From: an uncultured Bacteroides sp.
Lineage (GTDB): Bacteria > Bacteroidota > Bacteroidia > Bacteroidales > Muribaculaceae
Assembly: GCA_964488335.1 (NCBI GenBank)
Contig: CAZAUV010000001.1
Location: 1-53,762, forward strand
DNA: 53,762 bases
Direction: 5' to 3'
Numbering within the stretch: the first letter of the stretch is position 1; the number at the start of each line of letters is the position of its first letter. The notes beneath the pieces were generated by a model. It saw only the letters and a list, made by a program, of their open reading frames with translations. It did not search any database and had not been told where the DNA came from. Shown piece by piece: positions 9,971 through 19,298 of the stretch. A program made the position numbers and the translations under genes.

Positions 9971-12409
9971 ATGAGACTATCAGAGCTTAAGCCCGGCCAG
10001 ACCGCCGTAATTGTCAAGATACTCGGCCATGGTGCCTTTCGTAAACGCCTCATCGAGATGGGCTTTGTCGGCGGACAGCAGGTCAAGGTGCTCCTCCATG
10101 CTCCGCTCCACGACCCTATCAAATATCAGGTGATGGGCTATGAGGTGAGCCTCCGCAAGGCCGAGGCTTCGCTTATCGAGGTGCATCCCATAGGCCCGGA
10201 GCATGCTTCAGGGAGCCCGGCCCACTCCCGGACTGCCGACCCGGCTGACCCCGGGGAGCATCGCCATATCGCAGCCGTCGACGCTTCGCGCAAGCATATC
10301 ACTGTGGCTCTCATCGGCAATCCGAATTGCGGCAAGACCTCGCTCTTCAACATTGCCTCGGGAGCCCATGAGCACGTGGGCAACTATTCCGGAGTGACTG
10401 TCGATGCCAAGAGCGGCAAGTTTCATTATAAAGACTTCACCTTCGACATCGTAGATCTCCCCGGGACATATTCCCTCGACTCCTACTCCCCGGAGGAGCG
10501 CTACGTCCTGGCCCATCTGCGCGATCACACACCCGACGTGATTATCAATGTCGTTGTGGCCTCCAATCTCAAGCGCAATCTCTATCTCACTACCGAGCTC
10601 ATCGATATGGACCGCCCCATGGTGGTGGCCCTCAATATGATGGATGAACTCGAGGCTTCAGGAGACTCTCTTGACTACAAGTTGCTGGCCGCTATGATAG
10701 GAGTGCCGATCATCCCCACCGTGAGCCGCACGGGTCGTGGCATCGACGAGCTCTTTGATACCGTCATAGCCGTCTACGAAGACCGCGCTAAAGAGGTCCG
10801 TCATATCCATGTCCCCCTCGGGCAGGCCATAGAGCCGGCAGTGGCCACCCTCAACAAGCGACTCAAAGCCGACAAGGCCGTAGACCATCGCTTCTCCCCC
10901 CGCTATCTCGCCATCAAGCTCCTTGAGCACGACCCCGAGGCCGAAGACATCATCCGCAAATCAGTGGATGAGGCCACAGCCACATCATATTTTGACCTCC
11001 GCGACACTCTCGTGGCCGATGTGGAGCGCAACACCGGCGAGGATATTGCCTCGGCCATAGCCTCGGAGAAATATGGCTTCATTGCGGGCGCCCTTGCCGA
11101 GACCCACACCAAGGGCAATCTCGACACCGCCCAGCAGACAGCCATCATCGACTCGCTGGTCACCTCGCCCCTATTCGGCTTCCCAATCTTCGCCGCCATA
11201 ATGTTTTTTATCTTCTGGGCCACCTTTGCCATCGGCTCGTATCCTATGGAATGGATCGAGAGCGCAGTGGCGTGGCTCAGCTCATTCCTATCTGCATCTC
11301 TCCCCGACGGACCTCTCAAGGATATGGTCTGCGACGGCATCATCGGTGGCGTAGGCGGCGTTATCGTCTTCCTGCCCAATATCCTCATCCTCTACTTCTG
11401 CATATCCTTTATGGAAGACTCCGGCTATATGGCCCGTGCAGCCTTCATAATGGACCGCATCATGCACCGCATAGGTCTCCACGGCAAGTCGTTTATCCCC
11501 CTGCTGATGGGCTTCGGCTGCTCCGTCCCCGCCATTATGGCCACCCGGGCCATCGAGAGCCGCTCCTCGCGCCTGATCACGATACTCATCACTCCCTTCA
11601 TGTCGTGCTCGGCGCGCCTGCCTATCTTCATTCTCCTGACCGGCACCTTTTTCTCAGCCCATGCGGCCCTGGTCATCTTCCTGCTCTATCTGACCGGTAT
11701 TCTCGTAGCGATGGCCACGGCACGTCTCCTCCGCCGCTTCTATTTCAAGGCCGACGAGGTGCCTTTCGTCATGGAACTCCCGCCTTACAGGCTGCCGACA
11801 CTCAAAGCCTCCCTGCGCCACACCTGGGCCAAGGGGGAGCAATATCTCCGCAAGATGGGCGGCATCATCCTCGTGGCCTCCATCATCGTCTGGGCCCTCA
11901 ATTACTTCCCGCGCCACGATGACGCTCCCGAGATGACCCCCGCCGAGCGCGCCGAGCAGTTTGTAGCCGATGTGAAGGCCGGCGACGGCCATATCGATCC
12001 CTCTCGCGACTCTTTCCTTGAGATGATGGGTAAAGCTGTCAATCCCGTCATGGAGCCCATCGGCATGCATTGGCGTGCCACGGTGGCCGCTATTGCCGGT
12101 ATTCCTGCCAAAGAGATAGTGGTGTCAACTCTCGGAGTGCTCTACACCGGCGATGAAGCTGTCTCAGACCAGGCTCTCGGCGAGCGCCTGACCACCCCCA
12201 ACCGCATTACCGACCGACCCGATTTCACTCCCGCCTCGGCCCTGGCATTTCTCATCTTCGTCCTCCTCTTCTGCCCCTGCATAGCCACTCTTACCGCCAT
12301 TCGCCACGAGACCGGATCTTGGCGCTACCCCCTCTTTGCCGCCCTCTACAATACCGGCATAGCATGGCTTCTGGCCTTCATCACTTATCGCATTGCCCTC
12401 CTATTCTGA
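9971..12409 (+). CDS. feoB: FeoA-FeoB fusion ferrous iron transporter
   Basis: N-terminal FeoA (LSELKPGQ...RLIEMG...APLHDP), G1 GNPNCGKT, DLPG, NMMD, gate motifs GFGCSVPA and FCPC; TACCTTTG promoter at 9943-9950 supports ATG 9971. Confidence 0.93.
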   Translation: MRLSELKPGQTAVIVKILGHGAFRKRLIEMGFVGGQQVKVLLHAPLHDPIKYQVMGYEVSLRKAEASLIEVHPIGPEHASGSPAHSRTADPADPGEHRHIAAVDASRKHITVALIGNPNCGKTSLFNIASGAHEHVGNYSGVTVDAKSGKFHYKDFTFDIVDLPGTYSLDSYSPEERYVLAHLRDHTPDVIINVVVASNLKRNLYLTTELIDMDRPMVVALNMMDELEASGDSLDYKLLAAMIGVPIIPTVSRTGRGIDELFDTVIAVYEDRAKEVRHIHVPLGQAIEPAVATLNKRLKADKAVDHRFSPRYLAIKLLEHDPEAEDIIRKSVDEATATSYFDLRDTLVADVERNTGEDIASAIASEKYGFIAGALAETHTKGNLDTAQQTAIIDSLVTSPLFGFPIFAAIMFFIFWATFAIGSYPMEWIESAVAWLSSFLSASLPDGPLKDMVCDGIIGGVGGVIVFLPNILILYFCISFMEDSGYMARAAFIMDRIMHRIGLHGKSFIPLLMGFGCSVPAIMATRAIESRSSRLITILITPFMSCSARLPIFILLTGTFFSAHAALVIFLLYLTGILVAMATARLLRRFYFKADEVPFVMELPPYRLPTLKASLRHTWAKGEQYLRKMGGIILVASIIVWALNYFPRHDDAPEMTPAERAEQFVADVKAGDGHIDPSRDSFLEMMGKAVNPVMEPIGMHWRATVAAIAGIPAKEIVVSTLGVLYTGDEAVSDQALGERLTTPNRITDRPDFTPASALAFLIFVLLFCPCIATLTAIRHETGSWRYPLFAALYNTGIAWLLAFITYRIALLF

Positions 12410-12424
12410 TAACTGACCGGCTAA

Positions 12425-12478
12425 AAACTGACGGGAGTGATTGCCGCTGAGCTATGCGGCAATCACTCCCGTCAGTTT
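12425..12478. terminator. Bidirectional terminator between convergent genes
   Basis: Perfect 23-bp inverted repeat AAACTGACGGGAGTGATTGCCGC / GCGGCAATCACTCCCGTCAGTTT. Confidence 0.85.
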
Positions 12479-12493
12479 AGTCTGAATTGCGGG

Positions 12494-15400
12494 TTATTTG
12501 ACGATGACCTTGCGGCCGTCGACGATATAGATGCCGGGGAGGGTGGGGACGCCGTCGGAGAGGCGACGACCCTGGAGGTCATAGGTGCCCTTGACCACGG
12601 GAGCCTCGGTCGCGTCGGCCGGAGTGAACTCGACGGCAGCGTTGGCATCCTTGCCGTCGAAGACAAAGACAGAGTGGGCGGGCAGGGTGGCTGTCAGCTC
12701 CTGATCGATGTCGATAGGAGAGCCGGTGGCAACGCCGGGGAGGGCATCTGACACCTTGAAGGAGGGGCTCAGGGTGATGGCCGTGGTGACATACTCGGGG
12801 ATGTCGAGAGCTTCGCGGAGGGTGAAGGTATAGGACTGAGCATTGTCGGCGCCATTGCGGAGGGTGAGGGTGGCCTTATTGCCATTCCATGAAGCCCAGC
12901 CATAGACTTCGGCCTTTGAGCCGGTCCAGGGATTGCCGCCCACCCAGTGGATGTCGGGGAGGACATCGGCATTGGCAGCCTGCCACTCGATGCACTCGGC
13001 AATGTCGGCCCAGAGCTTACCGCCCTCGATCTCGTTGAGGAGCGAATAGTCGGCATAGAGCTCTACCATGGAGGTGCCTGAGGCAAAGGCGCAGCGGAGC
13101 TCGTTGAGCACTGTGGCATAGTCCATATTCTTGGCGACGGCACCAAACTTGGTAAGGATGAAGCCGTGGGTCATAATGGAGTTGATGGGGCAGAGGGGCG
13201 AGTTGACTACGTAGTTTTGATGTACGAGGCGGTCGCGATAGGTGATCCACTGCTCACGGTCGTTGCCGGGGCCGGCTTTGCCGAAGTCGTTTTCCTGACG
13301 CCATGTGGCATCGGAGATATTATACCAGAAGGGGGAAGCCCATGTGCCTACCGTGGTATTGAGATAGATGTCGGGCTTGATCTGGCGGACGCGCTGCTCG
13401 ATGTGGATGATTGCTTCGGCGTTTTCTTCGCCGGTGGTGCCTCCGTCGGGGCCTACGGAAGAGAACTGGGCCGAGATGCCGTCAAACTTAAACATACGGA
13501 AGTCATATGAGGATGTGAGCATCGTCACGGCATCAAGGAACACTTTGTAATAAGCCGGGTTAGACAGCTGCATACCGCCTTTGCCGTTCCAGTAGGAGCG
13601 GCGGTAGCTGCCGCTCTGACCGTAGCCACCGACCGGGCCGAGCCATGCACCGATGCCGGTGTTCATCTCGCGTGCCTCCTTATCGACTTCGGCGAAGCCG
13701 TTGGGGAAGTTGGGGTTGAAGCTCCAGGTTCCGTATTCGTCCCAGCCATCGTCCCAGAGGAAACATGATATATTGGCGCCATGGCGGTCATAAAGATTTG
13801 TATGCCACTGCTTGACCACATCCAGACACTGGTTGATGTTCATATTGGTGGTGTAGTTGCGGTCGTTGTTGCGATTGATATTGAGCTCATACCATGAGTT
13901 GTAGATAGGCATGGGTCTCCAGGCCATGGCGCGCTCGCGGTCAACGTAGGATGCCACGGAGCGGCGGAGCTGACCGGGAGCCACGAGGCCCACTACGGCG
14001 CTCACCTTCCACGGCTTCTCGGGGAGGAGATTGGTGTTGCGGCTCCAGCGGCCCGTCAGGCCGGTGTCTTCCTTGAAAAATTCAACCTTATCGGGGTCAT
14101 ATTCACCTACCTCCTCAAATGAGAAGAGGGCGCCTTCATCGCTGAGGTCGTTGCCTGAGTCGCCGCTGCTCCAGTTCCATATCTCGAAGCTGTGGGCTGA
14201 GGTGGTGCAGTTAAACTGCACCTTGCCGTTGGTGATGATGAGGAATGGAGCGGTGTTGGAGCTCTTTATCTGCCATCCGATTTCGGGGGCGTCGGCCGTT
14301 ACGGTCAGGATGCTGTTGTAGGGGGCAACATTGATATAGTGGCCTGTGGCGCTGTTGATGATGTCCCAGGTCTGGTCGGCGCGCTTTACGAAGTGCCAGC
14401 GGGCTTCGCCGCTGCCGATGCCCGGCGACGACACAAGCTTACCCTCGCTCTCAGCCACATAGCGCTCGCTGCGCTTCGACTTGATTACCCAATAACGGTC
14501 CATGCCGCTCACGGGGAGGACTGCGCCTGAGGGATCCTGAGCCGGACCGGGCTGTGTCACATTGCCCGAGAAGGATATATTGCCGGTGGAGGTGATGCTC
14601 TCGGTCTTGATTTCAATAAAATATCTGATGGTGTAAGTGGCGGCCTTGGGGACGTTGAGGGTATAGACATTGTCTTGTTTCTGACTGCCGGTAAAGCCAA
14701 AGTGATAGTCAGAGGCTACTACATTGTCATTGTCATCCATTATGTCCACACCGACGATGTTGAGGCGGTGGGTGCCGGAGGCATACCGGAAAGTCACGGT
14801 CTGGGTGCCGGCAGAAGCGAAAATGGCCTTACCATATGCTCCTACGACCTGAGAATCATCATATCCGAGCTCGAGGATCTGGGAAGGGACGTCGCGCCCC
14901 GGAGTCCAGCAGAAGGTCTCGGGCTTCCAGGTGGTGAGTGTAAAGCCGTCGCTTTCCTCGGGCTTCTCCACTGTTCCCCCCGATGACGCTTTGCCGCCGA
15001 CATTGTTGAGGCCCATAGGGGTCTCCAGTCCGGCAAAGATCTTGGATGAGGCGAGGATTGCGCCGCGGGTGTTGCCCACCGACTCGATGACCGGCTCGCC
15101 GGCAGCCACATTATAGTTCATGGGGATGATGGCGTGCATCGCCACCGGCTCTTTGGATGTCAGCTCCATCTCGGTGCGGAGATAGTGGGAGCCGTCGCGG
15201 AGTACAGCGCTCCAGTCGATCGTAAGCCCGTTGCCGGTAAAGGTTGCCGACAGTGCTTGACCGGGGAAGTGCTCGGAGCCTTTGGGCGACGAGGGGTCGG
15301 CCCGGAGGACTTCGGTGTGAAGATTGCTCATTGTAAACGCGGAGGCGGGGATGGCGTTGCCGTCGCCCATCTCCACGATGAAAAGTTCGGTCTCGGGCTG

Positions 15401-15637
15401 AAGACCCATAGCCTGACATCCGTCGAAGATCAGGAAGCCGTCTTTTTCGGTAAAGGATGCCGACAGGAGGTTGTTGGAAAGAGTGTAGGTCGCTCCCGAT
15501 CTGGTGACCGTGGCAGCTCCGGGCTGCTGGAGCTGGGGGAAAATGACCCGCTGTGCCGAGGTTTCGTTAATGCTGCCAAAGGTCATGGCTGCGGCAAGAG
15601 TCAAAGCCCCAATGATAGATCTAAGGTTGATAATCAT
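12494..15637 (-). CDS. Secreted multidomain glycoside-hydrolase-like protein (GH27/GH36-like barrel, lectin/CBM-like inserts, T9SS-type C-terminal signal)
   Basis: Signal peptide; YNSWYE, WDDGWD, GAWLGP, MFKFDG motifs; C-terminal YDLQGRR...PGIYIVDGRKVIVK. Confidence 0.7.
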   Translation of the reverse strand: MIINLRSIIGALTLAAAMTFGSINETSAQRVIFPQLQQPGAATVTRSGATYTLSNNLLSASFTEKDGFLIFDGCQAMGLQPETELFIVEMGDGNAIPASAFTMSNLHTEVLRADPSSPKGSEHFPGQALSATFTGNGLTIDWSAVLRDGSHYLRTEMELTSKEPVAMHAIIPMNYNVAAGEPVIESVGNTRGAILASSKIFAGLETPMGLNNVGGKASSGGTVEKPEESDGFTLTTWKPETFCWTPGRDVPSQILELGYDDSQVVGAYGKAIFASAGTQTVTFRYASGTHRLNIVGVDIMDDNDNVVASDYHFGFTGSQKQDNVYTLNVPKAATYTIRYFIEIKTESITSTGNISFSGNVTQPGPAQDPSGAVLPVSGMDRYWVIKSKRSERYVAESEGKLVSSPGIGSGEARWHFVKRADQTWDIINSATGHYINVAPYNSILTVTADAPEIGWQIKSSNTAPFLIITNGKVQFNCTTSAHSFEIWNWSSGDSGNDLSDEGALFSFEEVGEYDPDKVEFFKEDTGLTGRWSRNTNLLPEKPWKVSAVVGLVAPGQLRRSVASYVDRERAMAWRPMPIYNSWYELNINRNNDRNYTTNMNINQCLDVVKQWHTNLYDRHGANISCFLWDDGWDEYGTWSFNPNFPNGFAEVDKEAREMNTGIGAWLGPVGGYGQSGSYRRSYWNGKGGMQLSNPAYYKVFLDAVTMLTSSYDFRMFKFDGISAQFSSVGPDGGTTGEENAEAIIHIEQRVRQIKPDIYLNTTVGTWASPFWYNISDATWRQENDFGKAGPGNDREQWITYRDRLVHQNYVVNSPLCPINSIMTHGFILTKFGAVAKNMDYATVLNELRCAFASGTSMVELYADYSLLNEIEGGKLWADIAECIEWQAANADVLPDIHWVGGNPWTGSKAEVYGWASWNGNKATLTLRNGADNAQSYTFTLREALDIPEYVTTAITLSPSFKVSDALPGVATGSPIDIDQELTATLPAHSVFVFDGKDANAAVEFTPADATEAPVVKGTYDLQGRRLSDGVPTLPGIYIVDGRKVIVK

Positions 15638-15746
15638 TAGTCTAAGTAATTGAATAATAGAGGCTTAAGTCAGTATGGTGGGGGGGGTAATTTTGCGGTA
15701 TCCCTCCCATGCCTTAGGGCTTTCCCTGCCATACCATAGTATGTTA

Positions 15747-15754
15747 CAAAGTTA
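15747..15754 (-). promoter_or_regulatory. Sigma-A -7 element for the GH-like gene
   Basis: CAAAGTTA on + strand = TAACTTTG on - strand. Confidence 0.6.
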
Positions 15755-15871
15755 ATATATTATTTTCATCTGACGATGTGACGACGCTCATTTTTTTGTT
15801 AAGAATCTGTCTTTACCCCTCCTCCCTTCGGGTATGGCTTCATTGTGTGGAGGTAGGGTTATGATAAAGTG

Positions 15872-15913
15872 AAGTCACCCCGCGTGAAGCGTCGGCTCAG
15901 CGCGGGGTGACTT
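15872..15913 (-). terminator. Terminator after thiE
   Basis: AAGTCACCCCGCG / CGCGGGGTGACTT 13-bp inverted repeat. Confidence 0.7.
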
Positions 15914-15947
15914 ATGTTGCTACTGACGATTTAGCGGCGTCCTGCCG

Positions 15948-16535
15948 TCAGGGTTTTACGGGGATGAGGCGCTCCATTACCTTCATGGTATAGAGCATGG
16001 GGTCAGGGGCGGCGGCGATGGCATCGCCCATAGCCACTCCGTGGGCTCCTGTTGCCATAAACTGCTCGAGATTGTCGAGTGTCACTCCGGCACCGGCGAC
16101 AACCGGCTCATCGACCCCCGCCTCCTTTACTTCGGCAACGATGGCTGCCACATTGTCGGGAGATGCGATAGGGAGGAAGGCATAGTCGAGATCGAGCGGC
16201 TTGAGCTGCTTGACCTCGTCGGCCGTGGTGGCTTCTACGCCTATGATGGCGTGGGCTCCGAGGCGCTTGCGGGCCTCGGCACCCTCCTCGATGGAGCCGA
16301 CCTGGATGCCGGAAACCTTCAGCTCGTCTACCACGTCGATATGGCCGCGGATGAGAAGGAAAGTGTTGGTGTCTTCACACTCATTGATAAGGTCCATTGC
16401 CGCGTTGCGGATGTCGTTGTCGGTCGCGCCGGGGATGTCGATGACAATCCAGCGGCAGCCGCCGGCGATAGCCTGACGGGCCTGCTCAGTGGGGCTGAGT
16501 GTCCCCGCCCCGGGGGTGGTTATGAATTGAAGCAT
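15948..16535 (-). CDS. thiE: Thiamine-phosphate synthase-like TIM-barrel protein (divergent)
   Basis: MLQFIT...AIAGGCRWI, EARKRLGAHAIIG, DY, GVTLDN...GAHGVA...AIAAAPDP; several canonical ThiE motifs are altered. Confidence 0.7.
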   Translation of the reverse strand: MLQFITTPGAGTLSPTEQARQAIAGGCRWIVIDIPGATDNDIRNAAMDLINECEDTNTFLLIRGHIDVVDELKVSGIQVGSIEEGAEARKRLGAHAIIGVEATTADEVKQLKPLDLDYAFLPIASPDNVAAIVAEVKEAGVDEPVVAGAGVTLDNLEQFMATGAHGVAMGDAIAAAPDPMLYTMKVMERLIPVKP

Positions 16536-16572
16536 AATAGTTCGGATAGAGGGTTTATGGGATAACAATTCC

Positions 16573-17223
16573 TCAGCCCTGAAGGTTTCCCTGATGAATG
16601 ATGTCGATGAGGATAGGCTTCAGACCGGTCACAAAGCACTCGATGGCTATCACCATGAGGATGAGGCCCATGAGTCGCATCATCACATTATTGCCCGTCT
16701 CGCCGATCCACTTGTCGAGGCGCGACGAGAAGCGGAGCACCAGGTAAGAGAGCATATAGATGATGATGATGGAGGCAAAGAGAGTCACCTTGTAAGGGAT
16801 TGTCGCGGCCTGATCCATCAAAACGATGCCGTTGGCAATGGCTCCAGGGCCGCAGAGCATCGGTATGGCCAGGGGCGTGATGGAGATGTCGTCGGCATAT
16901 ACTTTCACCTCCTCCTCCTTGAGCTTGGTGTTGGAATACTTGGCCTGGAGCATATCAAATCCGATCTTGAAGATGATGAAGCCGGCGGCGATGCGGAAGC
17001 CGTTGGTCGATATGCCGAAGAGCTTGAAGAGAAGCTGGCCGCCGATGGTGAAGGCAATGAGGATAAAGAAAGAGATGACCGTGGCGCGCCGGAGGATGCG
17101 GTCGCGGTCGCTCTCTCCCATTCCCTGGGTGATTGACAGAAACACCGGCATGGTGCCCAGGGGGTTGGTGAGGGTGAAAAAAGATGTCAGGCAGATAAAA
17201 GCAAAGGGTAAGATACCGTCCAT
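16573..17223 (-). CDS. MarC family membrane protein
   Basis: NPLGTMPVF, FRIAAG, ITPLAIPMLCGPGAI, RLMGLIL. Confidence 0.92.
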   Translation of the reverse strand: MDGILPFAFICLTSFFTLTNPLGTMPVFLSITQGMGESDRDRILRRATVISFFILIAFTIGGQLLFKLFGISTNGFRIAAGFIIFKIGFDMLQAKYSNTKLKEEEVKVYADDISITPLAIPMLCGPGAIANGIVLMDQAATIPYKVTLFASIIIIYMLSYLVLRFSSRLDKWIGETGNNVMMRLMGLILMVIAIECFVTGLKPILIDIIHQGNLQG

Positions 17224-17338
17224 TGCCGAGCGATTGGATAAGGTGTTGGAAGGAATGAGGGATTAGCTGAGGAGAAGCAATGATGGAGAGAAGGGCGCTG
17301 AGATGACCCGTAGGAGCCGGCTCAAGAGAGCGACGATG

Positions 17339-17346
17339 CAAAGATA
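17339..17346 (-). promoter_or_regulatory. Sigma-A -7 element for marC-thiE
   Basis: CAAAGATA on + strand = TATCTTTG on - strand. Confidence 0.55.
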
Positions 17347-17655
17347 GCAAAAATGACGCTCCCGGCCCATCTTTCCGCCTCCTATTATTTCCACTTATGA
17401 TTTTTCCATGCAGCGAATCTTATAGAAGAGGTTTATGGTGCCGTCTGAATTGCTTTTTTCTGTGGATTAACAGCTAAATCGGATAGGGTATGAAGGGGGC
17501 GAATCTTTGTTTCAAAGTGCCCAATTTGATAGAGCCTATGTATCGTGCTACTCCCCCCCCCCTTTGCAAACTCCTCTCAACGCTTTTCCCTCCTTGACGC
17601 AAATAAAGGTCAGGCTCGATATAGTCGATGTATTATGTATTGAAATTCTCCGGCA

Positions 17656-17922
17656 TTATCCAACGGTTACGATTGGTTTCCCGAAGAACGCAGAAAGCAT
17701 CCCGAGAGTAGCAATCGTGAAATTATGTTGACCGCTGAGCCACTTTGTTATTTCGCTCGGACGTCGGCCAAGTGCATCAGCGAACTGTTTTTTAGAAAGC
17801 CCGCGTTCATTCATTAGAGCGTCTATGCGCTCAGATATGGCGAATGAAAGTTCAATTTCAGCTTGGATATCTTTTGGAATAGATGACACCATTTTTCGAT
17901 ATATCTCCCTGGCTTCTTTCAT
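17656..17922 (-). CDS. XRE/HTH_3 transcriptional regulator, putative antitoxin
   Basis: GLSKKQFADALGRRPSEITKWLSGQHNFTIATL. Confidence 0.88.
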   Translation of the reverse strand: MKEAREIYRKMVSSIPKDIQAEIELSFAISERIDALMNERGLSKKQFADALGRRPSEITKWLSGQHNFTIATLGMLSAFFGKPIVTVG

Positions 17923-18388
17923 AGTTCAAAAGTATTGTCGGTTTCAATAATTTTCTCTGTTATACTACAGTTCCATCTCGCTGACCCTCTTTTAATAATT
18001 CTTCAAATCTTTGAAGGTTAAGGATATACCCACGTAACGAATCATCCTCTTCGTAAGTTCGTGATTTTTTAACGCCTCCGTTACCAAGGATAAGTATGCC
18101 ATCGGATAGGCGCAAACAGTATGATCTCAATTTTGAAGGAAGAACAGACAATGCTACAACAGAATCCTTCATTTTTCCTTCTGGTCTGAAACGACGCTCA
18201 AGGGCACCTTTATCTGCAATCTCATCAATCACCTGAATGATACGGAGCAGATCTCTATTGAGCTCTGCGTCTTTTATGAATCTATTATAGAAACGTTTAT
18301 ACTCTGAGCTATCCTAAGATGTAAAGTGAATGGTATAGAGGGTGCATTGATTTCCTTCTTCCAATAGGATAAGTTCTACTTCGCTCAT
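17919..18388 (-). pseudogene. Disrupted RelE/HigB-like toxin gene upstream of XRE antitoxin
   Basis: ATG 18388 reads MSEVELILL..., in-frame TAG at 18314-18316, continues ...KLRSYCLRLSDGILILGNGGVKK...; an apparent 1-nt frameshift near 17962 restores ITEKIIETDNTFEL* whose TGA overlaps the antitoxin ATG; TAACTTTG promoter at 18416-18423. Confidence 0.7.
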
Positions 18389-18559
18389 AATAGTTTCCTT
18401 TATTATTATTTAACGCAAAGTTACAATAAATATTTCATTCAAGAGTGAAATGTTTGCCATTTTAATGCTAAAGATACTGACGCGATGAAGCGTCGGCAGT
18501 AGTTGGGGCTTTTGGCCTTGATTGATTGTCCACTCTCTATTCTTGCGGCCGTGATGAGA

Positions 18560-18589
18560 AAGAGCACCGGCAGGAGGGCCGGTGCTCTT
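18560..18589 (-). terminator. Terminator hairpin downstream of PepSY-like gene
   Basis: AAGAGCACCGGC / GCCGGTGCTCTT inverted repeat, T-run on - strand. Confidence 0.65.
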
Positions 18590-18709
18590 GGGAGGATTGT
18601 CTATCTTAATATATTGTCTGTTTTATTCGAAAAAGTCGGATTGTCAATCCCGGTGGTAAAAGGGATGTGTCATGTTGCCTCGCGGCTATCTCCGGGGTGA
18701 GGCGAGACG

Positions 18710-19150
18710 CTAATCGTAGCGCTGGAACTGGCCCTGCGAGTTAAATTTGAGGTCGAGACCGTTGGTGATCTCCACTTCGTAGCCGGAGCGATTTTTCTCG
18801 ATGCCGATTACTTTCTGGCCGGGATGGGCCTTCTTGACATAGTCGCTCACAGCTTTGGGGACAAAGAAAGAGGGAACGGAGCCGCGGGCGCTGACTTCGA
18901 CATTTTTCCAGTTGCCGTCGCGGTCAAACGACACTTCGGTGCCGTCAGAGAGGATAGCTTCATATTCAGAGACGCGCCCGAGGTCTTTGTCGATTTTCAC
19001 AACGGTCACTCCGGCCTTAAAATTGTTGGCCAAAGTTGACTGGGCGGCTTGGGGAAGGGCAGAGGCATCATGGGCATAGGTGTCGCGGGCTGAGGCCGTA
19101 ACGCCGATACCGGCGATGATTGCCATGGCGAGGAGGAGTTTCTTAATCAT
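18710..19150 (-). CDS. Periplasmic PepSY-like (DUF2874, BLIP-like) protein
   Basis: Signal peptide; two repeats ending FDRDGNW and FNSQGQF; LPQAA/VPKAV motifs. Confidence 0.88.
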   Translation of the reverse strand: MIKKLLLAMAIIAGIGVTASARDTYAHDASALPQAAQSTLANNFKAGVTVVKIDKDLGRVSEYEAILSDGTEVSFDRDGNWKNVEVSARGSVPSFFVPKAVSDYVKKAHPGQKVIGIEKNRSGYEVEITNGLDLKFNSQGQFQRYD

Positions 19151-19184
19151 AGGTCAGTGAAGAGTTAAATAAGTTGCTGTCAGA

Positions 19185-19212
19185 ATAACAAAAGAGGGGC
19201 GCAGGGGGTTCA
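19185..19212 (-). promoter_or_regulatory. Putative ECF-sigma promoter for PepSY-like gene
   Basis: TGAACC-N16-TGTTAT on - strand. Confidence 0.45.
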
Positions 19213-19214
19213 TA

Positions 19215-19246
19215 TTTGGCCGATTGGGATATTTTGATTATTTTTG
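19215..19246 (+). promoter_or_regulatory. Sigma-A promoter for NSS transporter operon
   Basis: TTTG (19215-18), 20-nt spacer, TATTTTTG (19239-46). Confidence 0.65.
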
Positions 19247-19298
19247 CCGACAGATTAACGGCCACGGAGGGCTCCGTGGCTTCATTTTGTAACGAAAG

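Noticed and set aside
15680-15687. G8 tract upstream of the GH-like gene (and C10 at 17553-17562) as phase-variation sites
   Set aside because: Neither lies in a CDS or between promoter boxes, so no switch mechanism is evident
17292-17340. TPP-riboswitch-like GCTGAGATGACCCGT upstream of marC-thiE
   Set aside because: On the strand opposite the operon, and lacks the ACCTGAT...AATGC...GCGTAGG half of the aptamer
18314-18316. TAG readthrough or recoding (pyrrolysine, alternative code) in the toxin gene
   Set aside because: The same gene has a second lesion, and TAG is a normal stop elsewhere (e.g. the PepSY-like gene at 18710); decay is the simpler explanation
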